The translations under genes and the position numbers were made by a program. This document shows positions 49,051 to 62,130 of a stretch of DNA of 64,000 nt, in pieces. The notes beneath the pieces are model-generated. The model made no database searches. It was given only the letters and a program-made list of their open reading frames with translations, and was not told the DNA's origin. The DNA is from Mizuhopecten yessoensis. Taxonomy: Eukaryota. Where the stretch lies: assembly GCF_002113885.1 (NCBI RefSeq), contig NW_018408884.1, positions 837,616-901,615 on the forward strand. The letters run 5' to 3'. How positions within the stretch are numbered: position 1 is the stretch's first letter; each line of letters opens with the position of its first letter.

Positions 49051-52000
49051 AATAAACTGGCTGTATCACTGTAATAAGATTCACCAGGTATGTAATAAAA
49101 CCGGCTGTATCACTGTAGTAAGATTCACCAGGTATGTAATAAAACTGACTGTATCACTAGTAAGATTCACCAGGAATTTAATAAAACTGGCTGTATCACT
49201 GTAGTAATATTTACCAGGTATGTAATAAAACTGGCTGTTGCTCTAGTAAGATTCACCAGGTATGTAATAAACCTGGCTGTATCACTGTAGTAAGATTTAC
49301 CATGTATGTAATAAAACTGGCTGTATCTCTGTGGTAAGATTCACCAGGTATGCAATAAAACTGGCTGTATCACAGCAGTAAGATTCACCAGGTAAGTAAT
49401 AAAAATGGCTGTATCACTGTAGTAAGATTCAATGGTTATATAATAAAACTGGCTGTATCACTAGTAAGATTCACAAGGTATTTAATAAAACTGGCTGTAT
49501 CTCTCTAGTAAGATTCACCAGGTATGTAACAAAACTGGCTGTATCACTGTAGTAAGATTAACAAGGTAAGTAATAAAACTGGCTGTATCACTGACTGTAG
49601 TAAGATTCACCAGGTATGAAATAAAACTAGCTGTATCACTAGTACGATTCACCAGGTATTTAATAAAACTTGCTGTATCACTCTAGTAAGATTCACCAGG
49701 TATTTAATAAAACCGGCTGTATCACTGTAGCAAGATTCACCAGGTATGTAATAAAACCGGCTGAATCACTGTAGTAAGATTCACCAGGTATGTAGTAAAA
49801 CCGGCTGTATCACTGTAGTATGATTCACCAGGTATGTAATAAAACTCGCTGTATCTCTGTGGTAAGATTCACCAGGTATGTAATAACACTGGCTGTATCA
49901 CTAGTAAGATTCACAAGGTATTTAATAAAACTGGCTGTATCACTGTATTAAGATTCACCAGGTATGTAATAAAACCGGCTGTATCACTGTGGTAAGATTC
50001 ACCAGGTATGTAATAAACCTGGCTGTATCACTGTAGTAAGATTTACCATGTATGTAATAAAACTGGCTGTATCACTATAGTAAGATTCACCAATTTTGTA
50101 ATAAAACTGGCTGTATCACTATAGTAAGATTCACCAATTTTGTAATAAAACTGGCTGTATCACTATAGTAAGATTCACCAATTTTGTAATAAAACTGGCT
50201 GTATCACTATAGTAAGATTCACCAATTTTGTAATAAAACTGGCTGTATCACTATAGTAAGATTCACCAATTTTGTAATAAAACTGGCTGTATCACTATAG
50301 TAAGATTCACCAATTTTGTAATAAAACTGGCTGTATCACTATAGTAAGATTCACCAATTTTGTAATAAAACTGGCTGTATCACTAGTAAGATTCACAAGG
50401 TATTTAATAAAACTGGCTGTATCCCTGGAGTAAGATTCACCAGGTATGCAAGACAACTGGCTGTATCACTGTAGTAAGATTTACCATGTATGTAATAAAA
50501 CTGGCTGTATCCCTGTAGTAAGATTCACCAGGTATGTAATAACACTGGCTGTATCACTAGTAAGATTCACAAGGTATTTAATAAAACTGGCTGTATCTCT
50601 CTAGTAAGATTCACCAGGTATGTAACAAAACTGGCTGTATCACTGTAGTAAGATTTACCAGGTATGTAATAAAACTGGCTGTAGCACTGTAGTAAGATTC
50701 ACCAGGTATGTAATAACACTGGCTGTATCACTAGTAAGATTCACAAGGTATTTAATAAAACTGGCTGTATCTCTCTAGTAAGATTCACCAGGTATGTAAC
50801 AAAACTGGCTGTATCACTGTAGTAATATTTACCAGGTATGTAATAAAACTGGCTGTAGCACTGTAGTAAGATTCACCAGGTAAGTAATAAAAATGGCTGT
50901 ATCACTGTAGTAAGATTCCCCAGGTATGTAATAAACCTGGCTGTATCACTGTAGTAAGATTTACCATGTATGTAATAAAACTGGCTGTATCACTCTAGTA
51001 AGTTTCACCAGGTATGTAATAAAACTGGCGGTAGCTCTGTGGTAAGATTCACCAGGTATGCAATAAAACTGGCTGTATCACAGCAGTAAGATTCACCAGG
51101 TAAGTAATAAAACTAGCTGTATCACTCTAGTAAGATTCACAAGGTATGTAAAAAACTGGCTGTATCACTGTAGTAATATTTACCAGGTATGTAATAAAAC
51201 TGGCTGTTGCTCTAGTAAGATTCACCAGGTATGTAATAAAACTTGCTGTATCACTGTAGTAAGATTCACCATGTATGTAATAAAACTGGCTGTATCCCTG
51301 TAGTAAGATTCACCAGGTATGTAATAACACTGGCTGTATCACTAGTAAGATTCACCAGGAATTTAATAAAACTGGCTGTATCACTGTATTAAGATTCACC
51401 AGGTATGTAATAAAACCGGCTGAATCACTGTAGTAAGATTCACCAGGTAAGTAATAAAACTGGCTAGATCACTGTAGTAAGATTCACCAGGTAAGTAATA
51501 AAACTGGCTAGATCACTGTAGTAAGATTCACCAGGTATGAAATAAAACTAGCTGTATCACTAGTACGATTCACCAGGTATTTAATAAAACTTGCTGTATC
51601 ACTCTAGTAAGATTCACCAGGTATTTAATAAAACCGGCTGTATCACTGTAGTAGGATTCACCAGGTATGTAATAAAACTAACTGTATCACTAGTAAGATT
51701 CACCAGGGATTTAATAAAACTGGCTGTATCACTGTAATAAGATTCGCCAGGTATGTAATAAAACTGGCTGTTGCTCTAGTAAGATTCACCAGGTATGTAA
51801 TAACACTGGCTGTATCACTAGTAAGATTCACAAGGTATTTAATAAAACTGGCTGTATCTCTCTAGTAAGATTCACCAGGTATGTAATAACACTGGCTGTA
51901 TCACTAGTAAGATTCACAAGGTATTTAATAAAACTGGCTGTATCCCTGGAGTAAGATTCACCAGGTATGCAAGACAACTGGCTGTATCACTGTAGTAAGA

Positions 52001-53342
52001 TTAACCAGGTATGTAATAAAACTGGCTGTAGCACTGTAGTAAGATTCACCAGGTAAGTAATAAAAATGGCTGTATCACTGTAGTAAGATTCACCAGGTAT
52101 GTAATAAAACTAGCTGTATCTCTGTGGTAAGATTTACCGGGTATGTAATAAAACTGGCTGTATCACTGTAGTAAGATTAACAAGGTAAGTAATAAAACTG
52201 GCTGTATCACTGACTGTAGTAAGATTCACCAGGTATGTAATAAAACTGGCTGTATCTCTGTAGTAAGATTTACCAGGTGTGTAATAAAACTGGCTGTATC
52301 ACTATAGTAAGATTCACCAATTTTGTAATAAAACTGGCTGTATCACTAGTAAGATTCACCAGGTATGTAATAAAACTGGCTGTATCTCTGTAGTAAGATT
52401 TACCAGGTGTGTAATAAATCTGGCTGTATCACTATAGTAAGATTCACCAATTTTGTAATAAAACTGGCTGTATCACTAGTAAGATTCGCCAGGTATGTAA
52501 TAAAACTGGCTGTATCACTGTAGTAAGATTTATAGTAAGATTCACCAATTTTGTAATAAAACTGGCTGTATCACTAGTAAGATTCACCTGGTATGTAATA
52601 AAACTGGCTGTATCACTGTAGTAAGATTTACCAGGTATGTAATAAAACTGGCTGTATCACTCTAGTAAGATTCACCAGGTATGTAATAAAACTGACTGTA
52701 TCACTAGTAAGATTCACCAGGTATGTAATAAAACTGGCTGTATCTCTGTAGTAAGATTTACCAGGTATGTAATAAAACTGGCTGTATCACTGTAGTAAGA
52801 TTTACCAGGTATGTAATAAAACTGGCTGTATCTCTAGTAAGATTCACCAGGGATGTAATAAAACTGGCTGTATCACTGTAGTAAGATTTACCAGGTATGT
52901 AATAAAACTGGCTGTATCACTGTAGTAAGATTCGCCAGGTATGTAATAAAACTGGCTGTATCACTGTAGTAAGATTTACCAGGTATGTAATAAAACTGGC
53001 TGTATCTCTAGTAAGATTCACCAGGGATGTAATAAAACTGGCTGTATCACTGTAGTAAGATTTATAGTAAGATTCACCAATTTTGTAATAAAACTGGCTG
53101 TATCACTAGTAAGATTCGCCAGGTATGTAATAAAACTGGCTGTATCACTGTAGTAAGATTAACCAGGTATGTAATAAAACTGGCTGTATCACTGTAGTAA
53201 GATTAACCAGGTATGTAATAAAACTGGCTGTATCACTGTAGTAAGATTAACCAGGTATGTAATAAAACTGGCTGTATCACTGTAGTAAGATTTACCAGGT
53301 ATGTAATAAAACTGGCTGTATCACTTATAAAATTCACCAGGT
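49051..53342. repeat. Minisatellite, 41-44-bp unit, ~100 heterogeneous copies
   Basis: AATAAAACTGGCTGTATCACTGTAGTAAGATTCACCAGGTATGT repeated. Confidence 0.98.
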
Positions 53343-54044
53343 GTATGACCTTTTCTATGCGTTTATTACAACATTTCTAGCTATGATTAAAGGTAAATTA
53401 GGCACATTAATTATGATGTATACTGTTCCATTAGTCCTTTGCAATCAGTTTGTTTTGGGAAGTGCAATTCTATGAGAATTTCTAATGCAATGAAGAGTTG
53501 AGTTATGGTAATCAACCCATATATACAATATTAATCATGTGATCTGTTAAATAAATTATAGAAAGGTTGTGTTTTTTTAATAGAAATTATTCTGTTCCGA
53601 TTACTTCAATTATTTTCCCAGTGTTACAGGGTAAAAAACAGTCTTACTGATTTTCACAATTCTTAGCTCGCTATATCATGTGTGTGCACGTTTTCTAGAA
53701 AATACAAGCCAACAGAAAGGTTTTAGTTGAATATTATTTCAATTATTTTTTTTCAGTTTGTTTTCCTGGAATGATTCAGCATATAAAACCAATGTATTAG
53801 TGAGGTAGAATAGGAAAATCAGTTTCATATTATTTAGTTCATTCTTTAAAAAATTTGAGAATCCCACTGGAGAAAGAGGGTTAATTGTTTCATTGTCCTA
53901 TTTTATGGTGTGTTGATTTAAGGATCCCCATACCACTGCCAAAACCTGTAGCTGTACATCAACAACCTTTCTTCCATCACAACTATAGCTTTGATAAATA
54001 ATTTCTGAAAGTAAACCATACCTTAATATAAGCTTGCAGAACTT

Positions 54045-54449
54045 TATAAGCTCACCTGGCCCAAAGGGCCATGTGAGCTTATGCCGTACTGGGCATCCTT
54101 CGTCTGTCAACTTTTGTTTTTAAACGACTTCTTCTGAAGAACTGGAGGACCTAGGGTCATGGTATTTGGCCAGTAGGTACCTGGGATGGAGTGCTATAAA
54201 GTGTCCTCATTAAAATGACCTTGACTTGCTTTCAAGGTCACAGGGGTCAAATATGTTCAAAGGTCAACGTGGGTTAAAAGCTTTAAAATTACAATTTCAA
54301 ATTTCAAACAACAATGTCTTGAGAAGTGTTTAAGAGATGTTAAAATGTCTTGTGTTCTAGTTACCAAATTTGGTCTGAAGTTACCTATATGTCAGTTTCA
54401 TGTAACAAAAGAAACAGGTGAGCGATACAGGCCCTCTGGGCCTTTTGTT
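54045..54449 (-). mobile_element. Short HINE-like element, reverse orientation
   Basis: AGCTCACCTGGCCCAAAGGGCCA-TGTGAGCT stem-loop at the left; CAGGTGAGCGATACAGGCCC..TTGTT at the right. Confidence 0.7.
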
Positions 54450-54708
54450 TGAAAAAATGCAATGAAGATAAAACAAAATCAAAGAGCAACAGTGTTCTGG
54501 TTGTTAAAATAAACCAATAAGACAAGGATACGAACGCAGGGACGTTGATCATTATGTTTGGTCACACTAACCAGCTGCGCTTCCCGGTCAATGATAGTAC
54601 CAAGGCTCATTTGTGCTTCAGTTTTGTCAAAGACGAAATTAAGGGGAGGTAACTGAATATAGGAAAACTGCAGTAAGTTGTATAATGTTTCCAGTAGGAC
54701 AGGGATCC

Positions 54709-54799
54709 TTAACTCATTCAACCCTCAAACTCCAGAATGAACTATTCCAACCTTTGAATTGGAAGAGTTAAAATGTGACTTCAGGGGTGAAAGAGTTAA
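54709..54799. mobile_element. TTAA-flanked mini-element (piggyBac-like MITE); related copy at ~40581-40672
   Basis: TTAACTCATTCAACCCT / AGGGGTGAAAGAGTTAA inverted ends; both copies share AAATGTGACTTCAGGG. Confidence 0.55.
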
Positions 54800-54947
54800 A
54801 TAACAGTTAAAACATTTTTAAATATTTACCCCATATTGCATGTATAGGATCTATAAATTGTTACTAGTGGTCAGGGAATTATAACAAAGCTCAAAGCTTT
54901 AATGTAAAAGATGTGCATTAATTAGATTGTCCTACAAATTGGTGTTG

Positions 54948-55182
54948 TTGACTCCCCAATCAAGGTAGGAGAACCCTTGGTGGGGAGTAAAGAACCTGAG
55001 TTGGTGATTGAAAAAAGGGGGGAATAGTGTAAAAGATGTGGATTAATTAAGTTGCCTTCAAGCGTCAGCTGTAGGGGATTTCCCTTTAGCTCAGCGATAG
55101 AGCATCAGACTGGAGAGCCAAGGGTCACAGGTTCGAGCCCCAGTGACGGCACTATCTTAATCACTATTCCTCGTCCGTCTAC
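54948..55182 (+). mobile_element. Interspersed repeat with an internal tRNA-like segment
   Basis: TAGCTCAGCGATAGAGCATCAGACTGGAGAGCCAAGGGTCACAGGTTCGAGCCC at 55087-55141; homologous to 43733-43910. Confidence 0.6.
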
Positions 55183-56159
55183 ATTTATACAAAGGGATCT
55201 GTATGTGTTTGTAAAGTTATGTACTACCATACCTGTATCTCTGTATTACAGTAAAATTGAGATAGTTTTATAAATGTTGGGTTGTACATGTAAGAAAAAA
55301 AAATCTAACTTTAAGTTTATTTGTAGATACATGTATACCAACAAAGAATATAAGATCTTGTGGTATTCAAAATAAACTAAAAACTAATGTTAAATGGTCA
55401 CCGACATTCTTTTTCAGATCTGAGGAAGTCTTGTAAAGGTCAACTTTAGACGGTGTATTATACTGTGACACCAACATAGATGTATATATTAACCCCAAAT
55501 AATCAAAAGTAGGGAGAGTTTTGTTGTAATCAATGTATAATGATTTTACCAGGATATGGTATATAAAACCTCAGGGTTCTGTAGCTCAGGTGATGTCCGA
55601 GATCATCCAGAGACACGTACTGTCGCACCTGGAGGCTCGTAACATTGATCACCAGGGGCCTGTTCGTTTATGTGGAACAAACGGTTTGTCTGGTTTTTAA
55701 ATGTAACGGTTTTGGGTATAAATCCTGGCGGACCGGCAAATGTTTATGCAGGTCTTATAAGGCTTTGTCAAGGCTCGCCTGAAAGCAGCATCAGATTACT
55801 AGGTCTGACTTTATTTCATAAACAAACAACTCTGGTGCAACTGTTTGGATCGCGATACATGAAAATTGGGCAGTAAAACCTTGTTATTTTGGATTTTGGA
55901 GCAAAAAAAGGAAAAGTTACTGTATATATAAAACATGCATTATATCAAGGTTTTAGTGTATATATAACAAGAGGCATTATTTCTGGGTTCTTTGTACATT
56001 TTATACCTTCTGTATATCACATGATTATTAACCAACTATGTACAAAAAAGTATATTTTGGTACTTTGAAATGTTCAAAATGTAAACTGGTAGAGGAAATA
56101 TATGTATTTATATGAACGTTTAGGTACTGGAAGTAGGTGACTACGGTGGATCTGAGCAC

Positions 56160-56400
56160 TTAGCACCTGGAGTGGTGTGACTTTACTACCATTATAGGTT
56201 TTAGCACCTGGAGTGGTGTGACTTTACAATCATTATAGGTTTTAGCACCTGGAGTGGTGTGACTTTACTATCATTATAGGTTTTAGCAACTGGAGTGGTG
56301 TGACTTTACAATCATTATAGGTTTTAGCACCTGGAGTGGTGTGACTTTACTACCATTATAGGTTTTAGCACCTGGAGTGGTATGACTTTACTATCATTAT
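56160..56400. repeat. Minisatellite, 41-bp unit, ~6 copies
   Basis: TTTTAGCACCTGGAGTGGTGTGACTTTACTACCATTATAGG repeated. Confidence 0.93.
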
Positions 56401-56574
56401 GTTTTTTTATTGTATTTTCCCCCAGTAGGTTGATCCATTATGTGTTGAGCGTACGTCAATCAGCGTTTTGTTTTTGTTTTTAATTAATCATATTTGATAC
56501 AAATCAGAATTATTTTAAGCAATTCTTTTTTTAAATACTTCAATAATTAACATGCAATCAAACAAGATCCTATG

Positions 56575-56968
56575 AACACGGTAGTCTAGTGGTAGAACAC
56601 CGGGCTCGTGACTGGAGGGTTGTGAGGCACAGTAGTCTAGTGGTAGGACGCCAGGCTCGTGACCAAAGGGTGGCGGGGTTCGAGTCATGTCATGGCACTG
56701 TGTTGTGTCTTTCAGCAAGATACTTTACTCTGCTTGTTCCAGTCTACTCAGCTGTAAATGAGTATGTGGTTGGGCAGTTCTAGAATTGTTGAATGCTAGC
56801 TGTTGTAATAAGCGCAAAAATGGCAGCACCGGCTGTATGCTCCCCATGGAGTTGGCTGGTTGCAAAGGCCCTATAACCACGGATAATAATTTGTGAACCG
56901 CTTTGAGACGACCTACGAACTAGGGTTGTGATAAAGCGGTATATAAAAACATCAAATTAATATTATTT
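56575..56968 (+). mobile_element. Full-length tRNA-derived SINE with partially duplicated head
   Basis: GTAGTCTAGTGGTAG A-box twice, GGGTTCGAGTC B-box, CORE-like GCAAGATACTTTAC..CAGCTGTAAATGAG body and an ATT-repeat tail. Confidence 0.82.
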
Positions 56969-57387
56969 TTATGTTTTAAATGTCATCCTCAGTGATTTAG
57001 ATTTTTACACTCAGAATCTTTCTACAGGTTTGTAACTCAGTGAATCTTTTCCAGTAAATATTCCTGTATAGTGAAGTATTTTGATTTTGAGCCCTAATCT
57101 CTCTGACATGGACAGTTTATGTCTAGCATTGATAATAGAATCTCGGAACTTCAGTGATTTTTTTTGTTAAATTTTCTGTCATATTCACATTCTCATTTTA
57201 ATTTTTGCAAAACTTCCTTCAAAAGATTATAAAGCATGTGACAATGTTGTTTTGTTTACTTGTATATGATAATATTTACATACGAACGGGAAATTGTGCT
57301 ATAAATAAAGGTAAATAATCAACAATTATATAGGTTTCTCTTATTTATGATACCGTGTTTGTATGTATGATCTTCAGGTGTTGTAAA

Positions 57388-59660
57388 GCAAGAGGCCCAA
57401 TGGGCCTGTATCAGTCACCTGGTATTAATTTCACACTTGTAACCTTAACAAGAGGCCCAATGGGCCTGCATCGCTCACCTGGTATTAATCTCACACTTGT
57501 AACCTTAAAAGTGGACCGAAATAAAGCTACAAGCAAAATATCAGTATCTATGACTCGAAGTCATAAGTCATTCAAAAGAAGCTATTAATAGATTTAAACA
57601 CATTTGACCCATGTGACCTTGAAAGTCAAACAAGGAAAACTTTATAGCCGTTCATCCCAGCATGCAACTTGCCAAATACCACCACCCTAGACCTTGTGTT
57701 TATTCAGTGAATTATTGAGATCTTTTAAAGATTTATATATGCATTTGAAGATATGTGACCTTGAAAGTATGTTCAAGTCATTCACATGAAAAAAGCTGAG
57801 CATGCTAATGGCCAAATATCACCATCCTATGCATTTTGGTTATTCAGAAGTCATTAGAAGTATTTAACATATTTGACCCCTGTGACCTTGAATATGATCC
57901 AAGGTCATTCATCCCAGCATTTCACTGGCCAAGTATTATCAACCTGGGCCGTTTGATGATTCATAAGAATTAAAGTTGTTCATATTTTACCTTTGTAACG
58001 TTGAATATGAGTATAGAGTCATCATTCATTTGAACAACCTAGTAGCCGTTCACCTCAGCATGCTACTGGCAAAATATCCTTACTTTGGGTCTTTTGGTTA
58101 TTAAAAAGAAGCTGATTAAAGATTTCAACATATTTGACCCCTGTGACCTTGAATATGGGTGAAGGTCATTCATTTGAACAAATATCAACACCCTCTGTCT
58201 TTTGGTTATGCAGAAACGATTGTTTGAATTTTTTTCAAACATTTGACCCCAGTGAGCTTAAAAGTTGATCAAAATCATTCATTTAAACAAACTTTGTAGC
58301 TCTTCATCCCAGCATGCTCTTGGCCAAATATCATCACCCTAGGTCTATTGATTATTCAGAATAAGTCATTTACAGAAAACAAGAGGCCAAGAGGACCTGT
58401 ATCGCTCACCTGGATATTTAAGCAGTCATAGCAAAATATTCTCATTAAATATTATTCGGCACTATAATATAATATTGGCTGTCTCTCGGCAACACCCTTT
58501 ATTATATGGTCCCATCCTTCTGTCCCCATGGTTTATACAAAATTGATCATATTGGGTCAAGATCACTCCATCAAATTAGATTTAGATAAAACTATAGGAT
58601 AACAAAGAGATTCCAGAGGGATCTTGGCGCTCACCATTGTACCATCTCCGTAACCTGGTAGTTCTATGTCAGTTCCATCTTTTCTCTTCTTTTTCTTTTA
58701 TCTGTTTTATCAGTTTGCCTGTCCGCCTCCTTATCAGTATTTTGATCATGCTCAAAAATTAACATGCACAACTAAGGACCAAGAAAGATCCTTCCAGTAT
58801 ATTCTGAGAAATAGCAATGACAAACTTAAACTGTAATAAGATGGCCACCTGTCCGCATCTTGGTTTTCAGATCAGTCCCAAAATTTGATATGCATAACTA
58901 GGGACCTTGTGGAACCGTCATGTGAAATTTGAGAAGATCCCTCCAGTACTTTATGAGAAATAGCACTAACAAGAATTGTTTAAGAAGGACAGACGCTGGG
59001 TGATTTAATGATGGTCACGGGGCTTAAAATCCTTACCTGTGACTCTTGATTAATCACAACCTGTTACAAGATTTTAACACATTCATCACGGTGACCTTGA
59101 AAGTCTAACAAAGTCAATCAGTTGAAAAAACTTGGAAGTCCTTAATACAAAATATCATCACCTTGTGGCTCCTAGTTATTGAGTAGAGTCATTTAAATAT
59201 GCTAACACATTTGATCCCTATGACCTTGAAAGTAGGTAAAGGTCATTTTCATTCACTAACTTTGTTGGGGTCGATCTAAGGAAGCAACTTGTTAAATATC
59301 AAGACTTTGCACTTAAACCCCAGTGAATTGATAATAGGTTGAGGTAATGTTCAATCACAATTTTTGTTGGGCTCCATCCATGGAAGCTATCCAACAAATA
59401 TTATTATGTGATTCTATGCCTTTCGGTTCTTCAGAAGAAGTTGTTTGAACTGTCTGACACATTTGTCCCTGTGACCTTGTAAGTAGGTCAAGGTCATATT
59501 CATTCTCAAACTTTGTTGGCTCTATCCTAAGAAGCTACCAGCCAAATATTAAGATTCTAGGCCTGTCCATTCTTCAGAAGTTGTTAAAAGGAAATGTTGA
59601 CGGACGACAGACACTGCACCATGGCATAAGCTCACTAGCCCTTCGAGCAGGTGAGCTAAA
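57388..59660 (+). mobile_element. Nested/tandem HINE-like elements with degenerate satellite units
   Basis: CAAGAGGCC..TCACCTGG starts at 57388, 57449 and 58380; repeated TTTGACCCCTGTGACCTTGAA; terminal GACGGACGAC plus AGCTCAC..GGTGAGCT. Confidence 0.7.
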
Positions 59661-59922
59661 ATTTGATGAAGGACGCCGCACCATGTGACCTAATAAATCA
59701 AGAGACATTGATGATTTCACTTGTCATTGATAATTCCACATGTCATTAATGATTTCTGATGTCATATGATTCCACATCACATTAATCATTTCTCATATCC
59801 TGATCTCACGTGTCATAATTTCATTAAGACATTAAAGTCATTAATAATTCCACAAGTCATTAATAATTCCACAAGTCATTAATAATAATTTCTCATTTCC
59901 TGATTTCACATGTCATTAAATT

Positions 59923-60217
59923 AATGATTTCTCATGTCATTATCTCACATCATTGATGATTTCTCATGTCATTATCTCACATCATTGATGATTTCTCATG
60001 TCATTATCTCACATCATTGATGATTTCTCATGTCATTATCTCACATCATTGATGATTTCTCATGTCATTATCTCACATCATTGATGATTTCTCATGTCAT
60101 TATCTCACATCATTGATGATTTCTCATGTCATTATCTCACATCATTGATGATTTCTCATGTCATTATCTCACATCATTGATGATTTCTCATGTCATTATC
60201 TCACATCATTGATGATT
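59923..60217. repeat. Minisatellite, 32-bp unit, ~9 copies
   Basis: TGATTTCTCATGTCATTATCTCACATCATTGA repeated. Confidence 0.95.
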
Positions 60218-61024
60218 CCATGGGTCCTTGAGTTGTTTCATGTCATTAATGTGTTTTGCGTCATTAATTAATTCATGTCTTTAAGGATTGGCAGATTATG
60301 AAAACAAATAACCAGATTTAATTAAACGTTATTTTATTTAAGAAGCCAAAACGATAATATGACATACAATATCTGAGAAATGGAAATACAAAAGATTTTA
60401 TTCACCAGATTTAAACCTTCATTAAACGTGAAAACATCAGCCATCATCGGATTCAATCATACCGGAGGTTTCAAACAGATTTCATGTAACAGAATTTTAA
60501 GAGCAAAGAATTTCCTAAAAAAGATATCTTTAGGCAAAAATAACAAATAATCTCACAATAAATGCCTGGGGCAATGGTATTCCTAACTTGGGACATGGTT
60601 AAAAGAACCAAGGAATATATACATGTACATGAACTCCATATCCTGCCAATATCACATATGGGTTATACTTTGTTGATTTCTCCCACCTCTGTCTATGTGG
60701 CATACAAGTAACACACATTGGTACTATGATGACGTCACAGTCAGATGATGCCGTTTTACTGTGACATCACAATTAAAACTTGTTAAAACATTGTTTGACT
60801 GTCTGTAGCAATATTGCCATCAGCAAGTGACATCAACTCCAGAACATAAGAACTGCTGTACAAGCTTGCCCTCAAGGTCTTACTTGTATCTCTTGATCTT
60901 ACTTTTTTAAGCTCTTTCTAAATAGAGCCGTAATTTGTACAAGAAATTTCGTTATATTTAATACTGCATTTGTATTGTCTGTGTTCTGTTTTACCAAAAG
61001 TTCTGATAAGAAAGAGGTGGCAGT

Positions 61025-62130
61025 AAAAGAGTCCATTGACATGAAGGTATGTGGGGATGTGGATACTCTACACCCTCGGATGTAGAAGTGGGTCAGGACC
61101 TCGGTAAAGAGTCCATTGACATGTAGGTATGTGGGGATGTGGATACTCTACACCCTCGGATGTAGAAGTGGGTCAGGACCTCGGTAAAGAGTCCATTGAC
61201 ATGTAGGTATGTGGGGATGTGGATACTCTACACCCTCGGATGTAGAAGTGGGTCAGGACCTCGGTAAAGAGTCCATTGACATGTAGGTATGTGGGGATGT
61301 GGATACTCTACACCCTCGGATGTAGAAGTGGGTCAGGACCTCGGTAAAGAGTCCATTGACATGTAGGTATGTGGGGATGTGGATACTCTACACCCTCGGA
61401 TGTAGAAGTGGGTCAGGACCTCGGTAAAGAGTCCATTGACATGTAGGTATGTGGGGATGTGGATACTCTACACCCTCGGATGTAGAAGTGGGTCAGGACC
61501 TCGGTAAAGAGTCCATTGACATGTAGGTATGTGGGGATGTGGATACTCTACACCCTCGGATGTAGAAGTGGGTCAGGACCTCGGTAAAGAGTCCATTGAC
61601 ATGTAGGTATGTGGGGATGTGGATACTCTACACCCTCGGATGTAGAAGTGGGTCAGGACCTCGGTAAAGAGTCCATTGACATGTAGGTATGTGGGGATGT
61701 GGATACTCTACACCCTCGGATGTAGAAGTGGGTCAGGACCTCGGTAAAGAGTCCATTGACATGTAGGTATGTGGGGATGTGGATACTCTACACCCTCGGA
61801 TGTAGAAGTGGGTCAGGACCTCGGTAAAGAGTCCATTGACATGTAGGTATGTGGGGATGTGGATACTCTACACCCTCGGATGTAGAAGTGGGTCAGGACC
61901 TCGGTAAAGAGTCCATTGACATGTAGGTATGTGGGGATGTGGATACTCTACACCCTCGGATGTAGAAGTGGGTCAGGACCTCGGTAAAGAGTCCATTGAC
62001 ATGTAGGTATGTGGGGATGTGGATATTCTACACCCTGGGATGTAGAAGTGGGTCAGGACCTCGGTAAAGAGTCCATTGACATGTAGGTATGTGGGGATGT
62101 GGATACTCTACACCCTCGGATGCAGAAGTA
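61025..62130. repeat. Tandem repeat, 80-bp unit, ~14 copies, mostly identical
   Basis: GTCCATTGAC recurs every 80 bp from 61031 to 62071. Confidence 0.98.

Noticed and set aside
55080-55155. Functional tRNA gene
   Set aside because: Acceptor and anticodon stems pair poorly and the segment is embedded in a repeated element; treated as tRNA-derived.
61025-62130. CRISPR-like regular repeats (also considered for the other arrays)
   Set aside because: Units are head-to-tail with no unique spacers, there are no cas genes, and the context is eukaryotic.
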